Origin: Phoronis australis
Taxonomy: Eukaryota; Animalia; Phoronida
Assembly (NCBI GenBank): GCA_002633005.1
Contig: NMRA01000027.1
Location: 1,167,788-1,231,787, forward strand
Direction: 5' to 3'
Length of the DNA stretch: 64,000 bases
Shown here piece by piece: positions 26,950 through 41,407 of the stretch (its first letter is position 1; every line of letters starts with the position of its first letter). The position numbers were made by a program, and so were the translations under genes. The notes beneath the pieces were generated by a model, which worked only from the letters and a program-made list of their open reading frames with translations, did not search any database and was not told where the DNA came from.

Positions 26950-27600
26950 TCTTAAACAGTAAAATCTATAAGGTGTAATAAGGCTCTCAACTTTTTTTTA
27001 AGATCTACACCATACCTATGGCCAGACAATGATTTTTAGAAATTCTGGGCATTCTGAACAATGTTAAAAGTCTTTCGAAGAATGAAGATCAAGTTTGGCA
27101 GTTATTTGTATCTGAAATTGGTGAGATTTTATGGTGAAGAATTATAGCAATCATCTGTTCATCTACCTTTAGTCTAAGATTTTTTAACTGTGGTGTCATA
27201 CATTGTACTAATAGTGTACTTTATGGACACTTTCCAGGCTTTGGTACACCATCAAAGTTTTGATTCCGGGTATCACTGATAAAGTGTCTGAGATATTTGA
27301 GTAGGCTTTGGTCTTCGAATTAGATGGAGGGTTCAGTACACTTCTTTGTGTGGTCTGTGCCAACAAGCAGGGCAGTGCAGTCTGGGTTCAACAAACTTCA
27401 GGTGCAACCCCCTGTTACATGTCAACTTCTCCACACATAACAAAAGACTGCAAGTTATGCTTAGCAGTGTTAACCACAGGACTTGGTAACCTGTGTAGAA
27501 CATTCTAGGTGTGTTGGGAAAACTGGGTTATGAATTTTGTAGGCATTTGAGTACGTTATGTTGTGATGGGGGAATTCTGGGAAACTAGAGCTATCTGCTG
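26950..27600 (-). mobile_element. Possible decayed LINE RT fragment
   Basis: Minus-strand LKYLRHFISDTRNQNFDGVP resembles the ...WIxSFLSxRxQxV...GVPQG segment. Weak. Confidence 0.3.
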
Positions 27601-28161
27601 GTGTTACAATGGTGCCAGATTCGACCAACATTTCTATTTAAGTCAGCTCCAGCTTGGAGCCATGATATATAGGTCTCTAGTATGGTGTAACTAAATTTCA
27701 ATTATTAAAGCTACTCTAAACCGTGTCTGGGTGTTAAAAAACGTTAAGTTAACAAATGTAAAAGAAATGCTGTCATGTTCTTATCTTTTATTTGAATAGA
27801 AATTTGTTGCAATTAATCACCTGAGAATTCCCCTTATGGCCATGGCTAGATGGGTCTGAAAGCAACCCACCTGTGGTGAGTATCGTTTATGGTTTTGGGT
27901 TGTGCATCTTTAAGCCATGCAATGCTGGTAATTTGTTTCACATACATACCATGTGGTAAATGGGTAGGTAGGGTACATTATGGGGTCATTTTCTGTATCT
28001 TACTACAACCTCACCACCTATAAGCAATTTATTTTGGTGATTAATGAAATTGATTGGGATTGACAGAACTCCATAGCATGTTGTACACTTTTTCTGTGGG
28101 TTACGTCTGATTTCTGATCAGCTCGGATGATGATTGTGCCCCTGTTCTGGTTGTACTCTAC

Positions 28162-28570
28162 AGTCCCGTTTAGACATCAAATTTTGGCCCGGCACAACTG
28201 ACACGGAGCAAACTGATCGGTGTCAAGCAGCTGTTTACACACACAACTCACTAACTGTGGCGAGACGGTAGTTGTAGGCTAGGGAGGAGAACGCACATGC
28301 GCAGGTTTACAAATGGTGGGAGTTGCTGGTCATTACACAAGCACAGTAGAGATGACCCTTTCCTCCTTGCCTCAGTTTCGCGTTTAGACGTATAATTGAC
28401 ACGGAGCAATATGATCGAGCGCAAATTGTTCTACCTCACAAACGGATGGCAAAAGTTGTCACCGTGGTGTCAGTTGCTCCTGGTCAGCCCCGTTTATACT
28501 CATACTTGCGCTAGAACATCTTGTCATGTGTCAGCTGATCCGTGTCAACTTTTGCAGTGTAAATGGCACT
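28162..28570. mobile_element. PIF/Harbinger-like MITE
   Basis: Imperfect TIRs agtcccgtttagac / gtgtaaatggcact, internal repeats of tgacacggagcaa and an inverted copy gatccgtgtcaac. Confidence 0.55.
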
Positions 28571-30610
28571 AATACCATGTTATGAATATTGCCTTAACAC
28601 AGGTTACCCCTATCCTCCAGCAGTAGCATTACCTTATCCTTTGTGTTTTCAAAAGCTTATTTAGTGAAAATAACTGGGTACAGACTATGTCATAGCAGTG
28701 AAAAAGCTGATTACTATTCAGTTCATAACATTTGGCCTATACAACAGTTGTCTATGAATATAATCAGACAAATTCAGCTCCTATTGTTGGATGAACTGGG
28801 CAGGTGTTTATGACTACAATCAGATACTTATAGGTTTGAACCTGAAGGGTAAACAATCTGATTGAGACTTCTGGGCTACAAATGTAGTTTGCACCTAAAG
28901 CATTTGTTTTTTGCATAAGTAGCTTGACAAAACCTTTACTGAACGCTTAGGTTACAGGTTTTTTATGTCCACCCCATCCCCCTCTCCCATGGCATTAAGC
29001 AAATCTTACGGTAACAGGATTTGCACACAAGTGCGCGAAAAAGCATGCTCTGTTTATCCCCGAAGTATCCAGCGAAGTCTTCAGTACTGATAATGAGAGG
29101 CTTGATGGGCTGTCACGGATTGAAGTGAGCTTAAGTCGCTATTTATTGGGCCTGACTGAATGTGTTAGATGAGATAATTGCGGACGTAAACCAACACACC
29201 GTTTAGCGTACAAGTTTTAAAGTACAAAAACGAACTGTAAGTAAGGCAAACGGCCAACATATAACTGTTTTTAAAATTGAAAAGTAAATAGTAGCCGTCT
29301 TTGAATTTTTATAATCGGTGCGTTATAAGAGAAATTGGAAAATAGGTTTTCTTCGGCACTGTGGCTAATTATGAGCCACGAACATTACTAAATTTGTGAA
29401 TAGATTAGGACGGGTTATAAGTCGCAGTCAGGCTCAGACTCGCCTAAGCGGTGGGGTAAAAAAACTCCAAATGTTAGTGTAGGATTTTTCTAAAGAGGCC
29501 ATTTACATGATATACTGTTCACAACCCCTCAAGTCTTTAGTATACTGTTCGATATCATTTTCATCCTAAAATTGTGAAGACTGCAAAGCAGATTGCTCTT
29601 GACTTTTCATAACCTAAGCTAAATTATGTTGCGCTCAGTCAACCTTGAGTTTTTTATACTCTTATCTTTCAAACACAAGCCAATATAAGCTCATAAAACT
29701 GTCTGGGCTGGTAAAGCAGTCTATATGGGCTGTGTTTGTCTTGTCCTAGAGGGACAGTTGCGCCTGGTGTTGTGTTCACCCTTCATCAGCCACTTACAAA
29801 GCCAGTGACCCAGAACTGACCTGTCATCAAACAATGCCATCAAGAAGGTTGTCATCACAGGCATTAGCTCAGTTTGACTACTGACTGCTTGGACCTGCTG
29901 CGATTGTTGACATTTTCGTTTCTCTTTTGGGTAAGTTTGGTATGGGTATCAAATGAAAAAAATAATCGAGCTACGGCAGTTTTGTTTCATTGAGCGATCT
30001 AGGTCTGGTTAGCTTCAGTAAAATCTCACCAGTTTTGAACCAAATAAGTGACATAGCTAGTCTTCTTTTCATTTTCAATAGACTTGTAATTGTTGAGAAT
30101 GCATTCAAGTCACCAAATCATTGTCTGATGGCAGGTAAGGTGGATAACAAGATGAAGCATTTATTCTGTATATACTTATCTTTTATGAATAAACTGAAAA
30201 GTTGACATTTCACTAATATGCCATAATGTCTTTTAAATTGACAATCAACTTGTGCATCAATTCTCTCATGGACAACTTGCAATTGAGCAATGTTGTATCC
30301 ACTGAACAAACTTGTTTCTGGTGTCATAAGGCAGGTGATAGGCATGAAGTCACTTTGTGCATACATTAACTGGAGGGAACTAAACGTTCGTACAAACTTG
30401 GCATTGCACATACATAGCTGCTTTACTTCATCTGTTAACGCAGGGAATTGCCCTAGGGTAAAATTGGTTGTGGATGGTTGTACTACTAGCTTTGAAGAAG
30501 TGTTGTAGGTCTTACAATTGTTGTCGAGTTCAACTTTGGTCACACATTCATTTGTTCCTGGTTATTTTGTCTCTGAGATAACTAGTCATGGATAGCTACC
30601 CGTCAGGACC

Positions 30611-30747
30611 CAGGCATGGATTCAGTACTGGAGGGGGGAGGGGGCTGTGTGTTACAGTCTTGGTTGGGTGTAGTGCCCTTCCTATGCAGAAATAGCTGTT
30701 CGAGCAGGACCTCCATGCCCCTGAACCTGAATCTGGATCTACTCCTG
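30611..30747. mobile_element. Short MITE (CAGG..GGAT-type TIRs)
   Basis: caggcatggattcag versus ctggatctactcctg (reverse complement caggagtagatccag), with an internal G-run. No clear TSD. Confidence 0.45.
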
Positions 30748-30868
30748 GACTGTGTAGATTGAAAGGTAGATTGTGCATTGGTTAGACAGCCTCAACTTTC
30801 ATAGTAACTTAACACTGATATGAGCTAAGCATCGATGTAAACTGCGAAGTTAATTGAATTGTTCATAC

Positions 30869-33800
30869 CAGCATCCGTAGTTTACGGAATAGAAGTAAAC
30901 GATAGATGACGCTGTCATCATTGAAGTAATCGTAAGGTAGCGCTGATGCATCCCATGTGTGCTAAGATTTTTTATGTGACAATTTGAGAACATTCATTAC
31001 GTGTGCTGATTGACATAAAACTTACTTCTTATTCAACTGGTGATTATTGGAGCAAAATATAAACTACTATTAGGGATGATACTGCCCTTTAATTGTTGAC
31101 GATAGCAGTCTGTGGCCCATGGCAATAACTTCGATGAGAATGGAGTTGAGTGTTCATATCACACCATTGCATGGATGCACTGTTGTTATATCCAACTGTT
31201 TACTGCTAAGTGCCACTGTTAATTTTGATCTGGGACTCGAGTTTACCTTCATACTGACTGCAACTCCCCAAAACATCAACAAGTTGACTGACGAGAGGTA
31301 CTTTTAACTGGCAGGTAGTTAACACCTGGTTACATTGTAGCCACTGGGCAAGGAAATTCCAGACAAACTGACCTTGCTTTGTGTGCAAATGTGTCTGCCA
31401 TCTGTGAGCAGCTCATTAAAATCACTTCCATTTCAAATGAATTTGAATTCGAAATTTAAATATGATTATAAATGCAAGTTTGGTCTGTTGATCAAAGCAT
31501 TCTCTTCCTTGTGTCTTGTTGGACTATGGACTATAACTGATCACCTGTCCCTTGACTTGGTAATCCTCATTGGATTGACTGAGGCTCTTGTGATGGTTTT
31601 GAGGGTTGTGCTAGGTTCAATTAATAATATGCAGGCTGCCCTACACACTTGAGTGGACTTTGAAAGGTTGGTTTCTTATTTTTTTTACTGATAACTGATG
31701 CGGAGTCAGCTAGGTTTTCTGCAAGTTATCCTCTTCCTCTCAAAAAATATTTTGACCGAAATTAGTGAAGGAAGTCTTTTGGTTTCGTGAACTATTGCTT
31801 GTCTGCGTCGGTAACTTTGCTTCTAAATTTCCTACATTGCTGAGTTGCTTAAAACTTTAATATTTTGTCTCCTGAATAACTATCGATTGTTCCACTGATT
31901 GCGTCAAGTACGTTATTCGACAATGGCAGTGTCGCTTGGTCATGTGATGCCTTTGTTAACCAGGGTACTGAAATTCTTCAGTTTGTCGCACGATATGCCG
32001 GGCAATTATTTTGTCAAATTTCGCAAAAATTAGTATAAAAAAACTTGACGTCAAAAAACAATATTTATTGAAACATCGATGGTTTGCAGCAAGATTATCA
32101 GGCTATGAAGAATAGAAAAATGACAGGTTTGTCAATTACTGTTGTGCGAAATAAGCAAAGAATTGTTGTGTAGCTGTTTATGCAACCGGGCCTAGGTTCA
32201 CAAATTTTAAGTGTTTACTGTTCATTGTAATTCATGTATGTAGGATTTTAACTGGCTGTTGTGACTTTGGGCAGTTTTTCAAGTGCAGTTACATTAATAT
32301 GTAGAACCCTTCTAAATTTTGACTGCTTGGAAGTTAGTATGCCTGGTGGATATATCCCCATGATGATCTGTCTCCCAGTATCCATGTTTTTGAAATTATA
32401 TACCGACTGATTGGTCACATCTCCAATGTTTACTCCAGAGAGGGCGTACCAGTCTGCGGTAAAATGTTATCAGTTTAGGACATAATACGGCAGGGGTGTG
32501 AAATTTTATTTTGTTATTTTTTCAGTGAAAGATGTACAGTACCAAATTGAATGCTTTTCCAAGTTCATTGTTTTGCACCACAGCTGCCATCAAACGAGTT
32601 ACGAACATTCTTGGGCTTCACAACAATGTCAGAATACCTTGGAAATGAATAAAAATATAATTTTTGGCAAGGAAGATTTTATCGTAATANCAGCATCCGT
32701 AGTTTACGGAATAGAAGTAAACGATAGATGACGCTGTCATCATTGAAGTAATCGTAAGGTAGCGCTGATGCATCCCATGTGTGCTAAGATTTTTTATGTG
32801 ACAATTTGAGAACATTTACGTGTGCTGATTGACATAAAACTTACTTCTTATTCAATTGGTGATTATTGGAGCAAAATATAAACTACTATTAGGGATGATA
32901 CTGCCCTTTAATATTGTTGACGATAGCAGTCTGTGGCCCATGGCAATAACTTCTATGAGAATGGAGTTGATTGGTCATATCACACCATAGCATGGATGCA
33001 CTGTTGTTTTATCCAAGTGTTTACTGCTAAGTGCCACTGTTAATTTTGATCTAGGACTGGAGTTTACCTTCATACTGACTGCAACTCCCCAAAACATCAA
33101 CAAGTTGACTGACGAGAGGTACTTTTAACTGGCAGGTAGTTAACACCTGGTTATATTGTAGCCACTGGGCAAGGAAATTCCAGAGAAACTGACCTTGCTT
33201 TGTGCACAAATGTGTCTGCCATCTGTGAGCAGCTCATTAAAATCACTTCCATTTCAAATGAATTTGAATTTGAAATTTAAATATGATTATAAATGCAAGT
33301 TTGGTCTGTTGATCAAAGTATTCTCTTCCTTGTGTATTTTTGGACTATGGACTATAACTGATCACCTGTCCCTTGACTTGGTAATCCTCAATGGATTGAC
33401 TGAGGCTCTTGTGATGGTTTTGAGGGTTGTGCTAGATTCAATTAATAATATGCAGGCTGCCCTACACACTTGAGTGGATTTTGAAAGGTTGGTTTCTTAT
33501 TTTTTTTTACTGATAACTGATGCGGAGTCAAGTAGGTTTTCTGCAAGTTATCCTCTTCCTCTCAAAAAATATTTTGACCGAAATTAGTGAAGGAAGTCTT
33601 TTGGTTTCGTGAACTATTGCTTGTCTGCGTCGGTAAGTTTGCTTCTAAATTTCCTACATTGCTGAGTTGCTAAAAACTTTAATATTTTGTCGCCTGAATA
33701 ACTATCGATTGTTCCACGGGTTGCGTCAAGTACGTTGTTCGACAATGGCAGTGTCGCTTGGTCAGTGATGCCTTTGTTATCCAGGGTACTGAAATTCTTC

Positions 33801-34519
33801 AGTTTGTCGCACGATATGCCGGGCAATTATTTTGTCAAATTTCGCAAAAATTAGTACTAAAAAACTTGACGTCAAAAAACAATATTTATTGAAACATCGA
33901 TGGTTTGCAGCAAGATTATCAGGCTATGAAAAATAGAAAAATGACAGGTTTGTCAATTACTGTTGTGCGAAATAAGCAAAGAATTGTTGTGTAACTGTTT
34001 ATGCAACCGGGCCTAGGTGCACAAATATTAAGTGTTTACTGTTCATTGTAATTCATGTATGTAGGATTTTAACTCGCTGTTGTGACTTTGGGCAGTTTTT
34101 CAAGTGCAGTTACATTAATATGTAGAACCCTTCTAAATTTTGACTGCTTGGAAGTTAGTATGCCTGGTGGATTTATCCCCATGATGATCTGTCTCCCAGT
34201 ATCCATGTTTTTGAAATTATATACTGACTGATTGGTCACATCTCCAATGTTTACTCCAGAGAGGGCGTACCAGTCTGCGGTAAAATGTTATCAGTTTAGC
34301 CGGGACATACGGTAATACGGCAGGGTTGTGAAATTTTATTTTGTTATTTTTTCAGTGAAAGATGTACAGTACCAAATTGAATGCTTTTCCAAGTTCATTG
34401 TTTTGCACCACAGCTGCCATCAAACGAGTTACGAACATTCTTGGGCTTCACAACAATGTCAGAATACCTTGGAAATGAATAAAAATATAATTTTTGGCAA
34501 GGAAGATTTTATCGTAATA
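30869..34519. repeat. About 1.82-kb near-identical direct duplication split by a single N (32690); probable uncollapsed haplotype overlap
   Basis: 30869-32689 is nearly identical to 32691-34519, with scattered SNPs and indels. The junction is exactly the N. Confidence 0.9.
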
Positions 34520-37500
34520 GCTTGTTTGCGGTCTATATCCTGTTTATACTCACTTGAACCCAGGATTGTCATATATAGAGCCATGAACATGTCACATTAC
34601 ATGTTTACCAATGACCACTCAGTATTGTTGAGACCATTGTCAGCTTCGGATTTGTCTAGCACTCAAACATAATGTACTTGGGTACAGGTAACAGTATGAA
34701 TCATCAGTGTCAGGTGTAAGTGAATGAGTTCTTTTTTCAAGGTATTGTCATGTTTGTACTTGGTGTGAGGTATTGTTAAAAATAAAGTTGGTGGATATAA
34801 CAATTTTTAATTGAATGTTTATTTACTGATACCAACACCATTGTCTTTATACTTGTTTCACAGGCTTTGTCATAATGAATGTGAAAGTTGCATTTTTAAA
34901 GCCCTGCATGCCAAAGTAGAGCACTTGACTATAAAAAATCCTTTACAACGTGTTGGAGAACCGTACATAAATTACAATATTTGAAAGTTTCATTTAATTT
35001 TGACTAGCCTTCTCTGAGATATCGTGTTCTAAAATTTGCCAAATTTGAACAGTTTTCTAGAATTTCACAGTTTCATGACAACTGTAATCTAAAGATGAAG
35101 AGCTGTGTCCTAGTCCTATCAATCAAGTGGTTAGTTTACACAACACATTGATACTACACTGATTACCTGTTGATTGTTCTATTGGTGTGTTTGCCTATCT
35201 TAAGTGGCTTGTTTTCATCAACTGATACAGTCTGTATGATCACCACCTACTTCTTATATTTCACTCCTGAATTGGGGACCAGTCTGGCAAATTGACTCTT
35301 GGCACCTCAGTCTCGGGGAAACGTCATTGTGGATGCCAGGCATTCAGCAAAAGCCAAGCACAGATTTGCAATTCATTTGAGAAAAATCCACTTACTGATA
35401 TAGGGAAGTTTGTAATTTGTTACCAGAGCGGGATCCTAAGCTGAAATTTGACGTACCTTCGGGAGGATTCAGGGCACTTGGTGCTGACTGTGGTATCTGC
35501 AACCTATTCACCAATTCAACTTACAGTTGCATTAAATACTGGGCATCATATGCAAACAAATGGCTAAACATTTGGATGCCAGACAATCAGCTTAGTATAG
35601 CAAGGACAAACATGTAAATCAAAAACAGGCAAACTAAGTGAGAATGGGTTTATGTTCAGTTGGTATCAGTATGTTTTCGTGGACAACATGGCCATCGTTC
35701 AGGAATCTTTCCTGAACTGATATACAGGGCACTCAGATTACCGAACTAGACGACAATAGTCAATGATTCTGTGATTTCGACATAGATACAATATTGTGTT
35801 CAAAAGGCTTGAAGTTTGATAACACAAAAGTGGAAAACATTATAACATGCAGGTCACTTAATTTGGTATACATTCAAGTGTTTGATTAGAGCAACCCCTT
35901 CCTGTCTCGTATCTGTAGCCACATGAACACAGAGTAATGACACAGTCATTCTTAAGCTTATCACCATGTTACAACCAGACTGGTTTGTCATTTGTAATTT
36001 TAATACAAATAAAGTTTCACTGACTTACAATGCAGACATAACTGATAGCTCTCCTTCATGGAGTGATACCAGAATCTCTGCTATTATAATTCTCACCATG
36101 GCAACTGTAGTTACAATTAGGAAAAATTAAATAGAGTGTAATTGAATACCTTTAGCATCACTTAAAAAAAAAAAGTGCAGGTGGTCTGATGTCATTTGCG
36201 GTGCATCAGACGTGCGCAGGCCTCATGGTTGGGCCCATTAGCATCACTTCCCTTTATAATTCTTTTTACTGAGGAAAAATTTGACTGAGAGAAAATTCAG
36301 CTGTTGTTGGTGCAGGACAGCACAGACATATTCAGACAAATGGTTAAAAGTTTGGTGCCATGTCACTTTCCTTGTGTAGTGTTTGATGTCAACTTCTGGT
36401 GGCAGCACGTGTACTTAGTCGGTATGTTTTATCTTTCAACTGCAAGTCCACACTGAGCTTGCATTTTCCAGTGTTATTAATGAAATTGTGAGTCAAGGGG
36501 ATTAGGGAGTTTTTCTGGAGTTGGAAACCAAGAGAATTGCCAGTATGAGTTTTGTTTTGGATTGTAAATACTTGGCTTGGGTGTGCAATATGTGCAAACA
36601 ATCGCTGAGTCTGGTAAGAAGTCCATAATTTTGGACATCTGACCCTCATTTTATATTTCTTTTGCAGATTCATTCCATTGTTTTAAAATACCACAGGGAT
36701 TCATTTCAACGAACTACTTTCATTTGTATCACAATTTCGGACATCCTCTCTAATACTTATACAAATAAACAATAGAATATTCAATGTCTGAAATTCAGTC
36801 AGTCATTATCACATTTTTAGGTTTTTTAGACCTCATCAGAAAGTTTCTGCATTAAGCCAAATATATACAAAACTATAAATTTTAACTCAGTGAAAGTACG
36901 CATTTTCTAAAAGTACAAGCTTCTTTATAATTTGGCTTTTTGACTTTATGCCAGTCTGCCATAATTCAGGTCTTGTAATCGGGTGTTTTTAGTAAATTTA
37001 TCAAATCAGAGAGACACAGACTTAACAAAATTTGGTATCAAGATGAACAAACTTCATTTGATAAGAAATTTTAAGATGGAGTCTCAAAAACTATTACAAA
37101 TTTCTTAGTTATTTCATTTGTTTTATGCAACTTATTGTTTTTTGTGAAAATCATGAAAGTCCTCTTCTTATAGGCCATCTTGCAAAAGTGGGACATTTAA
37201 AAATAATTCCTACCAAAGTTTTGGAGAATTTTGCATAAATAATACCTGAAAGCTCCATAGGTAAATGACATTGTGTTTAATCATGGTAATGTTAAAGAGT
37301 TCTTTTAGAAGTAATTTGTTCGAGGACATGTTTTCAATTGGTTGATAATTTGTTAGACAAACTATCCCCATTTTGCCCTAGTTTGTCACCTGAATAAACC
37401 TATATGTCGAACCTGTAATGCAGAGGCCATGGTATGCATTGGTGGAACTTGAATGCCGTTGGTGCGGGGGTGGGATTGACAACCATTTTTCAGAAGAGAG

Positions 37501-38647
37501 CCAGTGGTGATTTACAATTTGTGTTGCCTGTGATACATTCTGATTGTGCCCGGGGCTTCTGTGTACTTAGTAAGGAAGTAATACGGTCACCGTAGTTCTC
37601 CTGAAGCATTTTTCAATGGAATTGATGTCTTCTCTTCTGTTGGATTTGGAAGGCTGCATTACACAACAAATATTGTTTTCTGAAACTAATACAGTTTTGT
37701 GTGTGTTGCTGGTGACATGGTTGCATGTATGGACTTGTAATTTATCTTGTGATATGACAGTAATGACATATTTTAGGGTAAATATCAGCCTTGTTATTTT
37801 CCTTTGATAATCACATTTTGCATTTCCAACTGAAGAAGTTTGACATTCGCATGTCAAGTAGCAGCACAATACACAACTTCATTGGCGTTTTTAATGCCAC
37901 ATGTTCCAGCCAGATAACACACACTTCAATGAGTCTCACAATAGCCTCTCATCCAGTGCATCAGCATTTTCCTCTAGCCAGGAATCCTGTCTTCCTATTT
38001 GCTCTCTGGTCCTTATCTCAGTTCAGATAGCCACTCCAACTCCATAGTGCATTATGCTGGACTTGAAGAAGTCAATTAAAAGGATTACTGGTAGGAATTA
38101 AGCCCTAGGGCTACAGGCTTTCATGCCATCCCCTCAACACTTCACTGACGATGAATAGGAAGTCTTTGCAGTGGCACATGGTGTACCACCCTTGACTGGT
38201 GTTCAGGTGGAAATGTTCATCTGTCTTATAGGTGAGTAGTGAAACCCTCTCCTTTGTTTCGTTTTGGGTTTGAGGATTTTCTTTTCGCTGATGCAAATCA
38301 CTGGCGGTTGTTCTTTTGTCATTGTCGATAAGTGTTGAGGTTCTGTTGGTTGGGTCCTGTGCTGCCTGTGCTGTGTTCTATGGCATTATGATGAAATGTG
38401 TTTCATCTGGTGTTGCACGGCTGTGAGCAGTTTTCATGTATACTTTAATGCACAATACACCCAAAAGTAATCTTACTAAATGAATCAGAATTTCTTGTTT
38501 TGCGTCATGGCATTTCCATTGTCATGTTAAGCAACTTACATGCAAGCTAAATGTGATGAAAACTAGATTCTATTTCAGAAATGATGACTTATAAGGGTCC
38601 TTGCTCAACCAAGGGGAAAGGTGTCTGTGTGTCGTGGAATGCCATAG

Positions 38648-38752
38648 TTTGGTTGAAGGGTGAATTACTGTGGTCACTACCATTTGGTTGAAGGGTGAAT
38701 TACTGTGGTCACTACCATTTGGTTGAAGGGTGAATTACTGTGGTCACTACCA
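38648..38752. repeat. Perfect 35-bp tandem repeat x3
   Basis: TTTGGTTGAAGGGTGAATTACTGTGGTCACTACCA at 38648, 38683 and 38718, with no spacers. Confidence 0.95.
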
Positions 38753-40178
38753 TTCCCATCCATGTTGCCATCTCTCATTGCCATTGCCTCAAATATCCAA
38801 AAGCATGGTTTTGCAGAAGATATTCTAACCTTGAAAGTGATATTTGATCATTGAATGGGAATTCTTAGGCCTGATGATGGAATGACGTGTGATTTTTAAA
38901 TATTTTCATAAGGGAATGGGGCCCGATATTTGCCCTAAGGTCGAGGCATCATGGGCCGTGGTTGTTAGTGAGGACCATATCAGAAAAATTTGCCTGTTGA
39001 TCAGTTGACTCCAGGGCCTCCAATATATAGGTCAAGTTAGAGGACCTGTGGGTGACGTTACGTTTTCTCACCGTGTCCAATTCAAGTTTTTAGGGCTCAG
39101 TAAGCTTTCACATTTTATTTTGTCAGCTGGAAGGGTTTGTCGAGATGCCAACTGAACAAAATATCAAGAATCTACCTTGATATTTTTGTTTCATAATATG
39201 CAGGCCTAAGGTGCGCAGTCAATGAAGTGTTCAATTTTCGGCAAATGGAAGAACAGGTTACATCAAAAGTAAAGGAATAAAATTGCCACCAGGGGGCACA
39301 GCAGTGGTCAGCAGTAGTTTTAGAAATGCACCGTGTTTCATCGACACATGTAAATTTCATTAGGACATAAAGTCATTGCGATTGCTTAGCTTTGGTGTGG
39401 TGCATAAAATTGAGCAATTTTTGTCTAGCCACGGGAATAATATGCATTGCAAAGTTTTGTAAAACAGCAATGCAGACCAAATGATCATTATTTTTCAATA
39501 TTTGCGACCTAACAATAAATTCAATGTCTGTCAGTGATCAAGGATGTTGTAGGAAGGTAACCATTCTTGGTAGAGGGGCGCAGAACTTGAAACTTTGCTG
39601 CAACCCCTAGTCACCATCACATTTACCAATATGACACTCCGCATCGCCACCAAAGTTTTGCCGAGGACACAGTGAAATGTTTTGGGTACATGTGCTAAGT
39701 TGAATATTTACAACCTGAGCTGTGATGTCATCGGGCGTTAGCGAACTGACAAATATCCCGCAATCGATTTAGAAAATAAAGGCAGCCATGCTGGTTGAAC
39801 ATTTGGAAAAAAGTCCTCGTAATTTGATTGAGACAAACGTGTGGTAGGCAATTAATTAATGATTAACATTGTACACAGTTATCATGGCAGCCATTGTCTT
39901 TGGATTCGTTGACTCGCATACATCTTTGACTGCTTTGTTTTGAAACAGAAATTGCCAGGCTGTATCTCTGTTTCAGAATCTAATAAAAGACAAAGCTAAT
40001 CATTCAGTTCTTCGGGGATTTTTAGAATTAATGGCATCACTTACGGAAGTGTGTGAGCATTAGATTAGTATGATATTTGGTATCACTGTCGCAGTGTCAG
40101 TCTTGGTTTTCTGTGGATTTGGAATATTAAAAACTGCGTAGTAAAAGTAGTTTTAAAGCACAGTTTAGTATAGTCAAC

Positions 40179-40208
40179 ATGTCCGCCAGGTGTGTAAGCA
40201 AGCACAAG
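40179..40208 (+). other. Candidate alternative first/5'UTR exon end (MSARCVSKHK if coding)
   Basis: AACATGT start context and strong donor AAG|GTGAGT after 40208. Phase 0 does not match the 44312 acceptor, so it is non-coding, uses another acceptor, or is spurious. Confidence 0.3.
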
Positions 40209-41029
40209 GTGAGTATGTGTGAGTGGCGTTGTCTCATTCAACCAACAAATAGAGAACTCTAACTTGTTTATTTATAATTTAGCAATCAGTTGGATCCACA
40301 TGTGTTTCTTTATGTTGCTAAATTAGTTTATTGTATTAGTAAGCTTGGTAAGCTATTTCTAGACTGTGTTGGTACACAGCAGCTATGACTATGATACAAC
40401 TGTAGTTTAACTGGTCATTTTGGGAAAAAATACCTTAACTGCGACCTTTTAAATGTGTTTTTAAATTGTCAGTTTTAAAAACAAAATAGAGCCTCACGTC
40501 AAAACAGATTGCTTGTGCACATCACAGGCCAAATTGACAGATTGTGATGGGTATACTTTCTTACCTTATCATTTCATAAAGCTGTTCACTCTCATAGTTT
40601 ATTACGGTAGCTTATCTGTCTCAGCACAATTCTAAGACCCGTTTCAGCTGCTATCAACATTTGACCCACCCATTTTATATTAAAATTTTTATCGCTGTTG
40701 GCTTATTCCTGTTTGAATAGTAAATAGTTATAATTCGTAAGTGGATTCAAACCCTGCTTTTGGACAAGTCCAGAAATGACAAGGGTGCACCATTTTAAGG
40801 GGCATCGTAACTTATATTGTCCAGTTAAAAATTGCTGTGGCCTCCCTTGCCGTGTCTTACATCAACCAGTGAAATAAGAGAAGGAAACGTGCTATGCAAT
40901 TTTTTCGAATTTTATAACAGAATTATATGATTGGCACTATCAGGCCGTTAAAAGCTTGCCAACTATGTCATCAACATAAATGAATAAAGGAACAATGGCA
41001 AATAGAGATTTACCGAGTAGAAAAGGGTA

Positions 41030-41407
41030 CATTGCACTGTGGTATAGTACAGTGTAGTGCAGTATGATACAATACTATGTAGTATAGTTTAGCACTGCAC
41101 TGTATGATGTAATAAATTAGTATAGCACATAGCAGTGTACAGAAAGATACAGTATATTATAGTATGCTACAATAAAGTTTGATATAATGCTATAATGTAC
41201 TGTATGACTATGCATCCATACTCGAGCATAGTGTCGATTGATGCAATACATCGCAGTATATTACAACTTAGTGCAGTGTAGTAGAGTATGGTGCAATGCT
41301 ATACAGTACAGTATAACAGTGTACAGTATGATACATTTATTAGTATAGCACAGTGCACCATGATACAATGCATGACAGTGTAGCGCAGTGTGATATAATA
41401 CTATATA
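41030..41407. repeat. Degenerate pentanucleotide satellite, (AGTAC/AGTAT)-like
   Basis: Period-5 pattern such as tagtac agtgt agtgc agtat gatac aatac over about 375 bp. Confidence 0.75.

Noticed and set aside
38648-38752. 35-bp repeats as a CRISPR array
   Set aside because: The repeats are directly adjacent with no spacers, there are no cas genes, and the context is a eukaryotic intron.
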